Source of the DNA: a virus
Virus record (IMG/VR): IMGVR_UViG_3300020578_000040
Location: 17,367-81,366 of that record
Strand: one strand, 5' to 3'
Length of the DNA: 64,000 bases
Numbering within the stretch: position 1 is the stretch's first letter; every line of letters starts with the position of its first letter. The notes beneath the pieces are model-generated. The model saw only the letters and a list, made by a program, of their open reading frames with translations. It searched no databases and was not told where the DNA came from. Made by a program: the position numbers and the translations under genes. Below are positions 33,226 through 44,758 of the stretch, in pieces.

Positions 33226-34907
33226 TAGATATCAACGACTTTTGTAAAGGGGAAGTTGCTGTGGCTCATCTGCGTGTTGGCTGTTCCGGCGTTGCGCGCA
33301 ATAACTATAACGCCTCCATCCTTGCCGGTCTCTCCAGTTGAGCCGGAACTTGCTGTGCCTGCCGTTCCCCCGGCACCCCCAGGGCCACCCGGCCAATTTG
33401 GATGCGGAGTCGCGGACGGATTCGCAAAGGGATTGCTGCCCGTTGAGCCAGCAGGATGGTTTGACGCGGGGTGAGGGAAAACACCTGCGTTGTGTCCTGA
33501 GTTCCCGGGGTGCGCCGCAACATAATTAAGTCCGTGACCCGCGTTGTGGTGCCCAGGGTGAGAGCCCGGGCCGTGGGCGTGGTGGCCGTGCCCAGAGTTG
33601 TGATTACCGGCGTGATGCCCAGAGGGGTGATGATGTGAACCGTGCCCAGGGTTGTGAGTACCGCCGTGATGTCCAGGCCCATGAGGATGTGTACCGTGCC
33701 CAGCGTTGTGCCCTTTGCCCTGCGGATTGGCATTGTGGTTAGTATGAGCGCTATGGGGTCCATTCGCAGGGTGGGGGCCAACATTATATCCAGGCCCATG
33801 ATGAATGGCATTGCTGTGTCCGTTGTGGTTAGTAGTAATATTATGGGGCCCATTCGAAGGGTGAGAGGCATGATGCGTTCCACTCGGATGATGATGAGCA
33901 TTGCTGGTTGCGTTGTGTTGCAGGTGAAAGCCAGTTCCATTGGGACCATGAGACCCGGTGGTATGTCCAGGCCCATGATTTACATGGTTGTGGTTCGCGT
34001 TGTGAATCGCTGGGAGAGGTCCGCCCGCATTGTGAGCGACGCCGGGGTGTGACTCTGGAATTGAGTTATTAAATGGGGTTCCGGTGTGGGCATTAAAACT
34101 ATGAGGACCATTCGCCGGGTGAGGCACACTCCCTGCGGGGTGTCCTCCAGCATTGTGGCTTGCGGGCCGAGTCGGCGCGGATGTTCCTGGGTTGCCAGCA
34201 GAACCAGCAGTGGCGGCGCTTCCCGCTGAACCCGCCAAACCCCTACTTACAATCGTGCCGGACCCAGCGAGAGTCTTGGTAACTACGATGACTAGACCAC
34301 CGCCAAGACCGCCTGAGCCTCCAGCCCCTGCGGTGGCTGCAGTTCCAGGGTTCCCGGCGTTTCCGATACCACCGGGCTCACCCGCGCTCGCGCCAGGAAA
34401 AACACCCAAAGGACCAGCGCTACCAGCACTACCAGAACCCGCGTTAGAAATAATTGCTCCAGCACTGCCTGCTGCCCCAAGTGAACCAGAACCAATTTTA
34501 GTTATAGTGCCGGCTGCGGTAATAAACCATCCAGCAAGTGCGTCGTCCAAATCGTTCAGCGCAGAAGTATCAATAGAATTTGTACTATCCCCCCAAGCGC
34601 TGTTCGGATTGAGTGAGCCTTGTCTGCCAGCAATAGTGCCGCTACCATCAGAAATGTTTGCCGCCGTAGCCGTGGGGAAACCGATTACTCCATTATTAGT
34701 TAATGTTCCTTGTACGAAAATACGAAAACCGTTAGTAACAAGCACTCCACCGGAATCAACGGTCAGAGAGGAGTAGTACATATCCCGTATGAGGTGTACT
34801 GTTGTGCCATTAGTAATGGTGACAGAGCCGTCTAGTCCTGTGCCAAAAATGGAGTCTCCGCCAGTTCTCTGAACTAATGATTTATTTATTTTTCTGACCG
34901 CGCCCAT
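33225..34907 (-). CDS. Gly-rich virion/adhesin-like protein with a large His/Asn/Gly/Pro-rich insertion
   Basis: Paralogous to 34910-35680; about 57 His in about 255 aa. Confidence 0.8.
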   Translation of the reverse strand: MGAVRKINKSLVQRTGGDSIFGTGLDGSVTITNGTTVHLIRDMYYSSLTVDSGGVLVTNGFRIFVQGTLTNNGVIGFPTATAANISDGSGTIAGRQGSLNPNSAWGDSTNSIDTSALNDLDDALAGWFITAAGTITKIGSGSLGAAGSAGAIISNAGSGSAGSAGPLGVFPGASAGEPGGIGNAGNPGTAATAGAGGSGGLGGGLVIVVTKTLAGSGTIVSRGLAGSAGSAATAGSAGNPGTSAPTRPASHNAGGHPAGSVPHPANGPHSFNAHTGTPFNNSIPESHPGVAHNAGGPLPAIHNANHNHVNHGPGHTTGSHGPNGTGFHLQHNATSNAHHHPSGTHHASHPSNGPHNITTNHNGHSNAIHHGPGYNVGPHPANGPHSAHTNHNANPQGKGHNAGHGTHPHGPGHHGGTHNPGHGSHHHPSGHHAGNHNSGHGHHAHGPGSHPGHHNAGHGLNYVAAHPGNSGHNAGVFPHPASNHPAGSTGSNPFANPSATPHPNWPGGPGGAGGTAGTASSGSTGETGKDGGVIVIARNAGTANTQMSHSNFPFTKVVDI

Positions 34908-34909
34908 CG

Positions 34910-35680
34910 CTAAACAACCTGTGAATAAATTACGGTTCCCGAGTTGCAGCCAGTTCCGCCAGTAACATCCGTCGATACGCTGGGATGTATGACAGAAGCG
35001 GAAGAGATAACAATAATTACTCCTCCCCCGCCCCCGCCCGAGCCAGGAGTTCCGGGCGCTCTAATTTGTGCCGTTCCTCCGGCAACACTGATGTACCTCG
35101 CGGCGAGAATTACGACACCACCACCTATGCCAGCAAAACCGCCGGCCCCTCCGCGCAAAAAAGTAGGTGTAGTTGATGTGCCGGTAACGGAATATCCACG
35201 AACAGACTGATTTGGTTGGTAGTAGAAGTTTGTTCCCCCCGTAGCCGCGGTCGGAGCGGTGGCGGTCTGCGTTGCACTTGAGCCCCCAAGACTGTGAGTC
35301 ACCGCAGTCGCAATTCCGCCACCCTGTTGTATTGAGCCAGCAGTGGAAAACCCTATTGTATAACCGATGGTTGAACCATTATTCAATGTCAGAAGATTTT
35401 GAACGAAGATGCGGTATCCGCCGGGGTTAAGTCGAACGCTTGCAGAAAGAGTTAGATTGTAAAAAAACAGGTCCCTTGTTGCCGTGTAAATGGATGACGC
35501 TGGAGCCATACCAAGGACAGTAGTTGACCCATCTAGCGTCTGGCTGCCGTCAACAGATGAGCCGTATACGGAGTCGGGGGCGTCAAGGAATGCACTTAAA
35601 TTAGAGTTCGCTTTTGATGTTGTTGATGGTCCAGAGACGACGCTCAAACCACCTCCATTGACAAAAAAGAACTTACCCAT
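34910..35680 (-). CDS. Gly-rich virion protein
   Basis: YG...DGS...RDLFF.NLT...GYRIFV; GGGGGVII. Confidence 0.75.
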   Translation of the reverse strand: MGKFFFVNGGGLSVVSGPSTTSKANSNLSAFLDAPDSVYGSSVDGSQTLDGSTTVLGMAPASSIYTATRDLFFYNLTLSASVRLNPGGYRIFVQNLLTLNNGSTIGYTIGFSTAGSIQQGGGIATAVTHSLGGSSATQTATAPTAATGGTNFYYQPNQSVRGYSVTGTSTTPTFLRGGAGGFAGIGGGVVILAARYISVAGGTAQIRAPGTPGSGGGGGGVIIVISSASVIHPSVSTDVTGGTGCNSGTVIYSQVV

Positions 35681-35681
35681 T

Positions 35682-36062
35682 TTAGTATTCCTCGTATCCG
35701 TTCAAAATTACATTTACGGTTGTTCCTGCGCTTGCCGAGCCAAGTATTTGGTCGGAGGTCGTGGCGCTTGCTGCGGAAGCGCCACCCTCATTAGTCAAGA
35801 CCAGCGATGTCGACAGCGTGATTGTTTCGTTGGCTGCGAGGGAAAAACCGCTGAGAAAGTTATTGGATGTTCCAACAGAAACATTTTTTACCTTCAATGA
35901 CATGGTTACGGTAACCGCGCTACCAGACGTATTGCATAAAACAATTTCCTTGATAACCGCAGTGGTTCCCCCGGTGCTTGAGTTGGGCACTGTATATATT
36001 GATGAGTTGGCAGTATTTGACAACTGCGCTGGACCTGCTAGTCGTTTTACTAAAACTGGCAT
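35682..36062 (-). CDS. putative virion protein
   Basis: IYTVP...IKEIVLCNTS beta-rich pattern. Confidence 0.75.
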   Translation of the reverse strand: MPVLVKRLAGPAQLSNTANSSIYTVPNSSTGGTTAVIKEIVLCNTSGSAVTVTMSLKVKNVSVGTSNNFLSGFSLAANETITLSTSLVLTNEGGASAASATTSDQILGSASAGTTVNVILNGYEEY

Positions 36063-36247
36063 TAGATTACCTCCATAATGAATCTACGATTATCAGTAGT
36101 TTCACGACGAACTTCTACTGACGCGGTTACATAGGTTGATGTGTTCGTCGAATCTTGCGAGTCTTGTGCCGCTTCTTCCCCGGCCGTAAAATTGGCGGTT
36201 GAAGCCGTTTCCGTTGACCCGTCATATGTGTAGCGTACTCTTGTCAT
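36062..36247 (-). CDS. hypothetical protein
   Basis: GAGGTG RBS; coupled. Confidence 0.65.
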   Translation of the reverse strand: MTRVRYTYDGSTETASTANFTAGEEAAQDSQDSTNTSTYVTASVEVRRETTDNRRFIMEVI

Positions 36248-36260
36248 TATTCACCTCTCA

Positions 36261-39236
36261 CTAGTTGGTATATCCGTAAAGTTTCCAGGACCCAGATAAG
36301 TTGACTGCAGAAGAACCCAGTCTAAAACTTTGAAATTGTATCCCATTATAGGCATTTGCCGTAGTGTGCTGAACGGTCCCCGTATAGTTGCCAAATGTCG
36401 ATGCGCAGTGTGCTGAAATTATTGTTCTGTCAGCAACATTGGGGCGAGAAATATCCATAACTATGTGGCTGTCTGCGTTGGCTATTACTCCACAAATACC
36501 GAGAGATGAGTTTTGCCCGAAGAAATTGTCACTGCTTCCGCCATAAGTTAGGCCCTGAACTGCGTAGTAGTAACTTGTTGTAGCAGCCGTGCTGCCCGAT
36601 AGTAGATTTATAAAAAATAAATATGTATTTGAACTATTGGCCTGTAGGTCACTGATTATCAATCGATAATTGTCATAAGTGGCCGAAAAAACAGATTGTA
36701 AATTAACCTGCGTAGCGCCAGAAAATGTTCCGCTTGATAGATATACAAGCCCAATATTTCCTGTGGTGGCAATGGTTCCGTTCGCATTGGGGAGTGTTAG
36801 GGTCCTGTCTGCAGAGAGCGTTGTCGGCGTAAGCGTTACTTCGTAAGTTCCGGAGCCTCCAGCGCGACCCCGAAGTGCTACACCATCTTCGGTGGCTACT
36901 TCTCTTGCGGTGATAGAACCAATGACATCTAGTGATGTTGCTGGCGATGAGGTATTGACACCGACGCGGTTATTTGTTGCGTCAACATAAAGCACATTTG
37001 TGTCGACTGATAGCGCTGCCGCAGAGAGCCTCGTTCCGTCAAATGTGAGATTCGCACTACCTGCGGCTGCGTTTGAACCATCTTTGTATACAACTTGGTT
37101 AGCACTGCCAGCGACTGGGCCAGTTGCGCCCTGCGCGCCCTGACTTCCAGTTGCGCCTTGCGCGCCTTGCGCTCCGGTTGCTCCAGTAGAACCCTGCGGT
37201 CCGGTGTCCCCCTGCGGACCCGTTGCGCCTTGTGGGCCCGTTGCCCCCTGTGCTCCTGTCGCCCCCTGTGCGCCCTGAGGACCAGTTGCCCCAGTCGCAC
37301 CAGTATCACCCGTGGCTCCCGTGGCTCCCTGTGCGCCAGTTGCCCCCTGCGGACCCTGTGACCCTGCTGCTCCCTGAGGACCCGTGGCTCCTTGGGGTCC
37401 TGCATCGCCCTGAGCGCCCTGAGGGCCGGTCGAACCCTGGGGTCCTTGCGCACCAGTTGCTCCCGTCGCACCCTGAGCACCCGTTGAGCCCTGTGGCCCC
37501 ACATCACCCTGTGGTCCTTGTGCACCAGTTGCGCCGGTTGCCCCTTGGGTACCTGTCGCACCTTGCGGTCCCTGTGCCCCCGTTGCTCCGGTTGCCCCCT
37601 GTGCACCCGTAGCACCAGCGTCTCCTTGTGGACCCTGCGCGCCCGTTGCACCCTGCGCGCCCGTTGCACCTTGAGCACCAGTAGCACCCTGTGCCCCCTG
37701 CGCCCCCTGTGCCCCTACATCTCCAGTTCTGGCAAACGTAATGATGACGTCATCGTTGTTTGCGAATGGTGTAGTGCTTGAGCCTGTAACAAACGACGAC
37801 GAAACGCGAAAGAATCCGGTTTCTTCAGTTATTGAAGAAATGGTGAATAGGGCAAATGCCGACGAATCACCTTTTTTAGAAACACGGAAGTGACCCTTAA
37901 TTGTGCTCGTAGAGTCATCAATTGTCCTTAGGTATGACTGAATGTCCGTTGAGTTGTCATCAACATCATCAATAATTAGTTCAGTCGATGTATCAAGGGG
38001 TGAATTATTAAACTTTAGTTTTCCTGCACCGGGGTCAGTTTGTGCGGTATTTGAATCAAAGGTGTAGTCAAATGTAATTCCGCCAAAGTTGCCCTGAGCA
38101 CCCTGTGGACCCTGTGAGCCTGTTGCCCCCTGTGCTCCAGTTGAGCCTTGTGCTCCGGTGGCCCCCTGAGGGCCAGCATCTCCCTGAGGACCAGTTGCTC
38201 CTTGTGCGCCGGGATTTCCTTGTGGACCAGTTGCTCCTTGAGCGCCGGTAGCGCCCTGAGGTCCGATGTCGCCTTGTGCGCCGGTTGCTCCCTGTGAACC
38301 CTGTGCCCCCGTAGCGCCCTGAGGACCGGTTGCTCCCTGTGCACCCGTAGCGCCCGTAGAGCCTTGTGGACCAGCACCCCCCTGCGGTCCTGTCGCCCCC
38401 TGTGTTCCTTGAGGACCCTGAGGTCCTGTATCCCCTTGGGGACCAGTTGCTCCTTGTGGACCAGTAGAACCCTGAGGTCCCTGAGAGCCCTGAGGACCCT
38501 GAGCACCCTGTGCGCCCTGAGGACCGGTTGCTCCCTGTGCCCCCTGAGGACCCTGGGGACCAGTTGCCCCCTGTGGTCCTGTGTCTCCTTGTGGCCCAGT
38601 TGCCCCTTGCGGTCCTTGAGCACCAGTGGCACCAGTTGAGCCTTGTGGACCAGTTGCTCCCTGTGCTCCGGTGGCCCCTTGTGCTCCAGTGGCTCCCTGA
38701 GGGCCTTGAGCGCCCGTAGCGCCCACATCGCCCTGAGGACCGGTCGCGCCCGTGGCGCCGGTAGCACCCTGTGCTCCGGTTGCCCCCTGTGGTCCGGCCG
38801 CCCCCTGTGCTCCGGTGGCACCCTGTGGTCCAGTGTCCCCTTGTGGCCCCTGTGTACCCGTAGCGCCCTGAGAACCGGCCGCCCCCTGTGCTCCCTGAGG
38901 ACCCTGCGCCCCCTGAGGACCAGTTGCTGTCGTGGGTTTGAATTTTGTACCGTCAAATACTAGGGCCTGGTTGCTTGTTGCGCCCGTCGTATCTACCTCA
39001 ATATCATCGACAAAGAGTGCAGCAGCCTTAAAGGTGTCGTCGGTTTTGAGGACGTCGGCACTGTCGCGATAGAGATTAGTATCCGCAGCACCGCTTCCTG
39101 GTCCCCAAACTAAACGGCCACCCGCCTGTACCTGGAGGCGAGCATAGGTATCTGCGTCAACGAAAACGGTAATGGCATCAGAACCGGCAGACGATAACTG
39201 CCGTATCGTTATGGGAACGGTAAATTTCTGTGCCAC
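36261..39236 (-). CDS. collagen-like tail fibre protein
   Basis: Two long G-X-Y tracts (GPQ/GAT/GAQ) separated by a globular domain. Confidence 0.9.
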   Translation of the reverse strand: MAQKFTVPITIRQLSSAGSDAITVFVDADTYARLQVQAGGRLVWGPGSGAADTNLYRDSADVLKTDDTFKAAALFVDDIEVDTTGATSNQALVFDGTKFKPTTATGPQGAQGPQGAQGAAGSQGATGTQGPQGDTGPQGATGAQGAAGPQGATGAQGATGATGATGPQGDVGATGAQGPQGATGAQGATGAQGATGPQGSTGATGAQGPQGATGPQGDTGPQGATGPQGPQGAQGATGPQGAQGAQGPQGSQGPQGSTGPQGATGPQGDTGPQGPQGTQGATGPQGGAGPQGSTGATGAQGATGPQGATGAQGSQGATGAQGDIGPQGATGAQGATGPQGNPGAQGATGPQGDAGPQGATGAQGSTGAQGATGSQGPQGAQGNFGGITFDYTFDSNTAQTDPGAGKLKFNNSPLDTSTELIIDDVDDNSTDIQSYLRTIDDSTSTIKGHFRVSKKGDSSAFALFTISSITEETGFFRVSSSFVTGSSTTPFANNDDVIITFARTGDVGAQGAQGAQGATGAQGATGAQGATGAQGPQGDAGATGAQGATGATGAQGPQGATGTQGATGATGAQGPQGDVGPQGSTGAQGATGATGAQGPQGSTGPQGAQGDAGPQGATGPQGAAGSQGPQGATGAQGATGATGDTGATGATGPQGAQGATGAQGATGPQGATGPQGDTGPQGSTGATGAQGAQGATGSQGAQGATGPVAGSANQVVYKDGSNAAAGSANLTFDGTRLSAAALSVDTNVLYVDATNNRVGVNTSSPATSLDVIGSITAREVATEDGVALRGRAGGSGTYEVTLTPTTLSADRTLTLPNANGTIATTGNIGLVYLSSGTFSGATQVNLQSVFSATYDNYRLIISDLQANSSNTYLFFINLLSGSTAATTSYYYAVQGLTYGGSSDNFFGQNSSLGICGVIANADSHIVMDISRPNVADRTIISAHCASTFGNYTGTVQHTTANAYNGIQFQSFRLGSSAVNLSGSWKLYGYTN

Positions 39237-39278
39237 GACCTCAATCGCTTCCTATTCGCGGCCCCTCAAGGCCCTTTA

Positions 39279-40949
39279 TCAACCGACTACAACGATTGTG
39301 TAATCATTTACGGAAATTGACCCCAAGAGAACCACAGATATGGTGTTTCCATTTGAGCGCGTTACGTCACCAATAACAGTTGCTCCGGTGTTCACTTCAT
39401 AAATCTGCACGTTGACGTCAGTTGTTCCGAAGTTATGCGTAACCGTAGTGGTCGATGTTCCGCTTACTGATGCTGCGCAACCTTGTTTTGCGACTCGCGC
39501 AAGAGATGGGGTGCTGGTTGTGCGACCAGTTGATTCGCCTGATGCTGAAGCAAGGTTCGTTCTAGCCCCAGATTCAGTCGCCGCACCAGTGCCACCATGA
39601 GTGACCGCAATGGCCGTGCCGTTCCATGTCCCCGCAGAAATTGTTCCGACTGTAGTGATTGAATCATCACCAGTATATGTTCCCCCAGCAACTGTTGCCA
39701 GGGTTGCGTTGTAGGCCTGTACGTCAGTGCCGATAGCAAGACCAAGCGTGGTGCGCATGTCTGATGTGGTTGAATCGTCAAGGAGCGTTCGTGCTGTCGC
39801 CGTTAGGTCGGCCAATGCGGCGGTGCCCGAGCCGGTGAAGTAGGGCATTTTGTTTGCCGCTGATGTTAGGCCAGCAAGTGCGGTAAGTTCGGCATCGTGC
39901 GCCTGAACATCTGTGCCAATCGCAAGGCCAAGATTGGACCTCGCCGTTGAGGCACTGGTGGCGCCCGTACCACCGCTTGCAATCGCGATTGCCGTGCCGT
40001 TCCATACACCGGTTGTAATGGTGCCCAGTGTCGTGATGGTTGACTGTCCAACATATGTTGAAGCAATATCAATTGTGTCGGCGTTAACGGTGATTCTGTC
40101 AGCCGTACCAACTACATCAAGAGTATTGCCATTTTTTGTTAGACCCGCACCAGCAGTTATTTGTCCGGCACCGGAAAACTGTGCGAATACCAGGGGGGTC
40201 GTTCCCAGAGTAATTGTGTCGTTCGTAGTCAGGACAAAGCCCGCATCACCATTTACAGTACCCTCGGTGACAAAGGTGAACATTCCTGCAGTTACTTCGG
40301 CAGAAGTATCCGCGTCATCGGCGCGACTTGGGGAACCGGACGCGGCAACTACGTAAATTCCGTTTTCGGATGCACTGTCCTGGTTCTTTACGAGGACTCT
40401 GTTCCCGGTTGCAAGCACTACGCCATCAATCGTGTCGCCATTTTCCAGCCCTGAAGAAAGCGTGATTGCCTCCGTTGTAGCAACACGAACTGACGCCTTG
40501 ACATCTAGGCCAGACCTTGCTGCGTCTACATAGGCCTTGGTCGCAGCATGCCCAGCCTCGGTTGGTGTGGCAACACTAAGATTTCCGTTCGCATCTCGTT
40601 TGGCAATCTTGCTGGCAGTCGCCGCATCTGTCGCATCATTGATGGCATTCCAGAACGACGCTGGCAACAAACCCGCACTGTCTGTATCAGCAAGATTGAG
40701 TGTCAGCGAAACGGTACCGTTTGATTCACTAACAGTTAGGGCATCGGTGTGCGCGCCACCAGCCGAGATGGTGTGGGGGAGCGAACGCCATGCACCGTTG
40801 GCGTAAACTTTGATGGTATCAGTCGTGCTCTGATAGATGAGACGGCCTTCGAAGTTGCCCGAACCAGGGTCACTGGCAACAACCTCAAATGTCGCATTGA
40901 TAAGTTGATTCTGATTGAGGTCAATATTTGTTAGGAATTTTTGGGCCAT
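39279..40949 (-). CDS. virion structural/fibre protein
   Basis: HAATKAYVD; VRVATT...RVLVKNQ...ENGIY; GGTGAT repeats. Confidence 0.8.
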   Translation of the reverse strand: MAQKFLTNIDLNQNQLINATFEVVASDPGSGNFEGRLIYQSTTDTIKVYANGAWRSLPHTISAGGAHTDALTVSESNGTVSLTLNLADTDSAGLLPASFWNAINDATDAATASKIAKRDANGNLSVATPTEAGHAATKAYVDAARSGLDVKASVRVATTEAITLSSGLENGDTIDGVVLATGNRVLVKNQDSASENGIYVVAASGSPSRADDADTSAEVTAGMFTFVTEGTVNGDAGFVLTTNDTITLGTTPLVFAQFSGAGQITAGAGLTKNGNTLDVVGTADRITVNADTIDIASTYVGQSTITTLGTITTGVWNGTAIAIASGGTGATSASTARSNLGLAIGTDVQAHDAELTALAGLTSAANKMPYFTGSGTAALADLTATARTLLDDSTTSDMRTTLGLAIGTDVQAYNATLATVAGGTYTGDDSITTVGTISAGTWNGTAIAVTHGGTGAATESGARTNLASASGESTGRTTSTPSLARVAKQGCAASVSGTSTTTVTHNFGTTDVNVQIYEVNTGATVIGDVTRSNGNTISVVLLGSISVNDYTIVVVG

Positions 40950-40958
40950 TTTTATTCC

Positions 40959-41297
40959 TTAAGTTAAGTAGGCAAAACCAGAAAATGGTGCACTAAATAA
41001 TACCCTAACTTGGGTATTTGATAAATATTGTACCTCACCAAAAACCACCGTACCCGCAGAATCAACAACTGTTACGCTTGGCTTTCCACCAAGCGTGTGG
41101 GTAATCGTCCAGGTCGACGATACGGTGCCTTGGGTATGAACATGTCGGCGAGTAACGCCCTGTGATATTGACCCCGTTGCTACAGTAACGGAGTTTGTTA
41201 CTGTTTGAATAGTGACGAGGTTCTGGTCTTCTTGATTAACGGTTACGGTATTTGGCGTATCCTGTTGAATGTTGACAGTATTGGGTATGCCGCTCAT
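40959..41297 (-). CDS. putative virion protein
   Basis: W.ITH.LG..PSVTVVDS. Confidence 0.75.
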   Translation of the reverse strand: MSGIPNTVNIQQDTPNTVTVNQEDQNLVTIQTVTNSVTVATGSISQGVTRRHVHTQGTVSSTWTITHTLGGKPSVTVVDSAGTVVFGEVQYLSNTQVRVLFSAPFSGFAYLT

Positions 41298-41662
41298 CTG
41301 GTAACCTCGGGCAGCAGCGTGAATGTGCCCTTTATGAGTTTTGACACATCGCCGGATGAACTAATAATTTCCAGGTCATAAACACCGCTAGTTTCAAGTG
41401 CTGCTGTCTCTGCAGAGGTCATCCTGACTGTGGCTTCACCATTCACGGCATCCGTATATTCGATGCCATTATTCTCGGTTGTCAATTCAATCATGACCGC
41501 TGTTGACTCTATTGTACGACGTATTTGCATACGCGCCGTATAGTCAGTAAAATCCCAAGGGAGCATCACTGATGCATCATCGGGGTCGGGGTATTCGACG
41601 GTAATAATTCGGCTGAAAGTAGAGCCCTGTTCGCAAGTTATATTATAAATACCAGCAAGCAT
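41294..41662 (-). CDS. putative virion protein
   Basis: YNI..EQGSTF...ARMQIR...YDLEI...PEVTR. Confidence 0.75.
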   Translation of the reverse strand: MLAGIYNITCEQGSTFSRIITVEYPDPDDASVMLPWDFTDYTARMQIRRTIESTAVMIELTTENNGIEYTDAVNGEATVRMTSAETAALETSGVYDLEIISSSGDVSKLIKGTFTLLPEVTR

Positions 41663-41725
41663 GGTTCACTCTCCTCCAACATCACTCAATATTGTAGTTG
41701 AGTTGGGTATGTCCTGGCAGGACTA

Positions 41726-41941
41726 TCAGAGGATGGAGCCAGAGTCCTTATTGGGGCCGACTTTCTTCAGTCCGAATGCAGCGGCAACAACGGCCACAGC
41801 AGCAACTGCGCCAACCTTTAGGTTGTCGGCATTTGTGAGTGCATCGAAGTCTGATCCAGCCTCAACCCAAACGCCCACATATGCAGCAACAAATGCTGTT
41901 ACTGCACGCTCTGCGGTATCTTTAATGAATTTAGTTGACAT
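41726..41941 (-). CDS. holin (r1t-like)
   Basis: KDTAERAV.AF motif, two TM segments, GGAGGT RBS. Confidence 0.75.
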   Translation of the reverse strand: MSTKFIKDTAERAVTAFVAAYVGVWVEAGSDFDALTNADNLKVGAVAAVAVVAAAFGLKKVGPNKDSGSIL

Positions 41942-41982
41942 AACTACCTCCATAAATATTATACATTAATGAGTGCGATAAT

Positions 41983-43758
41983 CTAGGAGATACTCCCGCC
42001 AACTGTCTGGTGGCCCTCAACGTAAAAATTTCGTGCCCTAAATGCGAAAGTCCCTGGTGCTGAACAGTTACTCTGGTATTGACCCCAGCCGGTACCATTG
42101 ACGGCAACTTTTGCTTTTTTTTCGCTGATGTCGCTTCCACCCATATAGACACCATAGGAACGCTCTCCTGCGGTAAAGTTTGGCGGAGGATTATAGTTCA
42201 ACCCCCCTTCTGAGAACGCAATCCCAAATAGGGATGACCAGCCACTGGGTGTTCCTCCGTTCAAGATCTCCCATTGCGTGTTTCGTGTTGGAGAGTTGAG
42301 GTTTGCAAGACCGCCGTCTGCTTCTCGGTGTGTTAGTAGTTCGGCAAACTCACAATTGATCGTATTGATAAATTTGTACCCCACCTCACTGTCGGTTGAT
42401 GGTGAAGACGGTAGCGTCAAGACCACATTACCGATATCGGTTGTCCCACATGTTCCCTGAAGTGCAATAACTTTTTCTGTATAATCAGCTGACGCTGGAT
42501 ATCTCCAAGCAACGTTCTTCTTTGGTGTTACGAAACTCCTGGTATTGCTGTTCCCGGAGTTAGCAAAAATTCTATTGGTGACATAGGCATATATTGAATA
42601 TGTTTGGTTAAAACTTAGCCCATCAACAGACCATACCCATTTGTCACCAGAAGATGTTGCGGAATATGTGCCAACACCAGATATGACTAATGTGGCTGAG
42701 GTGCTATATGTCGGTTGCATCATTTCAAGCTTTGCGGTTGTTGAGTTTACATTCATGTCGCTATGCCAGTTAAGTGTTCCGACAGTAGGTGTCAATGGGT
42801 CCAGCTGCCGAATCGCAGGATGTTCGTTGCTACTGGCCCCATAGGTTCCGACGGTTCCTGTTGTTGCTGAAACTGCGGCAACCTCAACTGTGAAAAATTC
42901 ATCCGCCCCAACACCAACTGCAACTGTTTTTGACGTTTCTGCCGCCGTGAGTGTTCCAGAGTTGACGAGATGCCCTGAAGAGTTTTTTGTTTGCCATTTA
43001 TAGCTAGCAATCGCATAGGTTCCACCTGTTGGTGTTGATCTAGTGAACGTGGCCTGGGTGGTGTTGACGCTATTGACTGTTACGCTTGGCGCGAGGTATG
43101 CCTTCTCAACATCGGTTGATGTCGTCGCAGTACCTGCCGTACCAGCTAAACCGGATGTTGCAGAAACTGCTCGAACTTCGACCGTATGTGCGGCATTATG
43201 CACCAGACCAGTGATTATGTAGTCGGTGCTAGGCGACATAGGTGTTGTTGTAAACCCTGATGTCAGCTCAGTTGCACCACGATACAGACGGTACTGATAG
43301 TAGGATACCGCATAGGTCCCGCCACTGGAAGCCGCGAAGCTCCACTTTAGTTTGGTAGCATTTAGTGGATCGACGTCAGAATCAAGCTGAGTCAATGTTA
43401 CGACTGGAGCGCTATTTGCTACTTCGGCAGAAGTTGTGGCGCTAGCTGAACTTGATGCCGGACCAGACTGTCCCGTTACATCAACTCCGCGCATTGTTAT
43501 CGAGTGGGCGGTTGATGGTATGAGTCCACTAATTGTGAATGATGTTGCGGAACCACTAATCGATCCAGTGTACGCGGCACCATTTAAACTGTATTCAAAG
43601 TAAGAGATCGTAAATGAACCGGTTACTGCAGTAAAATTCACAACAACCGTAGTTGGGGTTACGCTTGTACTATTGATAGTTGGTGCACCCGGTGGCATGC
43701 CACTGGTGAGCCCCAAACCGCGTGCAGCAGTTGCGCCGAAAGAAGCAAACAGGGGCAT
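41983..43758 (-). CDS. Fn3-repeat tail protein
   Basis: PGAPTI...YSLNG; repeated GGTYA..Y; start ATG 43758. Confidence 0.8.
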   Translation of the reverse strand: MPLFASFGATAARGLGLTSGMPPGAPTINSTSVTPTTVVVNFTAVTGSFTISYFEYSLNGAAYTGSISGSATSFTISGLIPSTAHSITMRGVDVTGQSGPASSSASATTSAEVANSAPVVTLTQLDSDVDPLNATKLKWSFAASSGGTYAVSYYQYRLYRGATELTSGFTTTPMSPSTDYIITGLVHNAAHTVEVRAVSATSGLAGTAGTATTSTDVEKAYLAPSVTVNSVNTTQATFTRSTPTGGTYAIASYKWQTKNSSGHLVNSGTLTAAETSKTVAVGVGADEFFTVEVAAVSATTGTVGTYGASSNEHPAIRQLDPLTPTVGTLNWHSDMNVNSTTAKLEMMQPTYSTSATLVISGVGTYSATSSGDKWVWSVDGLSFNQTYSIYAYVTNRIFANSGNSNTRSFVTPKKNVAWRYPASADYTEKVIALQGTCGTTDIGNVVLTLPSSPSTDSEVGYKFINTINCEFAELLTHREADGGLANLNSPTRNTQWEILNGGTPSGWSSLFGIAFSEGGLNYNPPPNFTAGERSYGVYMGGSDISEKKAKVAVNGTGWGQYQSNCSAPGTFAFRARNFYVEGHQTVGGSIS

Positions 43759-43759
43759 A

Positions 43760-44749
43760 TTAGGTAGCAAACCTAGTTCTAGAGGCGAAAACCGTATAAT
43801 TATCCGCAGTAGTGCGTACAATTGTGTAGGTATATGCGTCTGTTCCCGCACTGGTGTTTGTGGTTCCGGGAGTAATGCCACCCTGCCATAACGTAGTTAC
43901 ACTTGATGCGCTAGTGATGGTGATCGAACTTGAATACCCCGCGCTTGATCCAACTTTTACTATGACAACTATTGTTACAGCTCGTCCATCAGCGCCGAGA
44001 AGCGTGTTGATGTTTGCATTTGTAAAAGTTGGCGTCCATGTGGTGGTAACTGCTGTAGATGGATTGTAAAAGAAAGCAGTGGAGCTAGTTGGATCAAGCG
44101 ACAACACACCAGAAGGCGATGACGTAGAGTAGCTCCACTGCTCTATTGCTCTACTCAGAACAGATTGGTTAATTGTTGAGGTGGAAAGAGTAGCGGAGTT
44201 GATTACTGGTGATGTTAGGGTTTTATTTGTGAGGGTTTGAGTTGCGGTAGGCGTCACTGCTTCTGCCCAAACGACGGCCGAAGCGGTACTTGAGAGAAAG
44301 TAACCGTTTGTGCCATTAAGTATTTTGTCAACGGTGACCGCATCGTCGGCCAGTCCTACAGTTGCTACCTGTCCCCATTTGAGACCTGGGCCTACCGCGC
44401 TGTCGGCAATAAGAACAGTACCGTTTGTGCCCACCGAAAGCGCGACAACTTCTCCGGCCCCCACTGTGGGGTCAAAGGTTGCCAAGTCACCCTGTTCTGT
44501 TGTGACGAATCCACCAATCTCCGACTGAGCTGCCAGCCTAACCCAGTTAGTGCCATCGTAATACTCTGGAGCCCCAGCTGTTTCTATGTATCGTACGGCG
44601 CCATCATCGGGAGTAAAACCAGAGTTTGTGTAGGCGGCTGTATCAGCAAACACAAGTACCGACTGGTTCATCAAATAGCCATTTACCTCCGATGCAGTAA
44701 GTACGGCATTTGCTTGAAATTCTTTCCATCCAGATCCTGAGTCAGCCAT
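43760..44749 (-). CDS. tail fibre-like protein
   Basis: F....VLTASEVN.YLM.Q; TQTLTNKTLTSP. Confidence 0.75.
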   Translation of the reverse strand: MADSGSGWKEFQANAVLTASEVNGYLMNQSVLVFADTAAYTNSGFTPDDGAVRYIETAGAPEYYDGTNWVRLAAQSEIGGFVTTEQGDLATFDPTVGAGEVVALSVGTNGTVLIADSAVGPGLKWGQVATVGLADDAVTVDKILNGTNGYFLSSTASAVVWAEAVTPTATQTLTNKTLTSPVINSATLSTSTINQSVLSRAIEQWSYSTSSPSGVLSLDPTSSTAFFYNPSTAVTTTWTPTFTNANINTLLGADGRAVTIVVIVKVGSSAGYSSSITITSASSVTTLWQGGITPGTTNTSAGTDAYTYTIVRTTADNYTVFASRTRFAT

Positions 44750-44758
44750 TTTTGCTCC

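Noticed and set aside
36929-38963. Long alternate-frame ORFs within the collagen gene
   Set aside because: Shadow frames of the 9-bp periodic repeat
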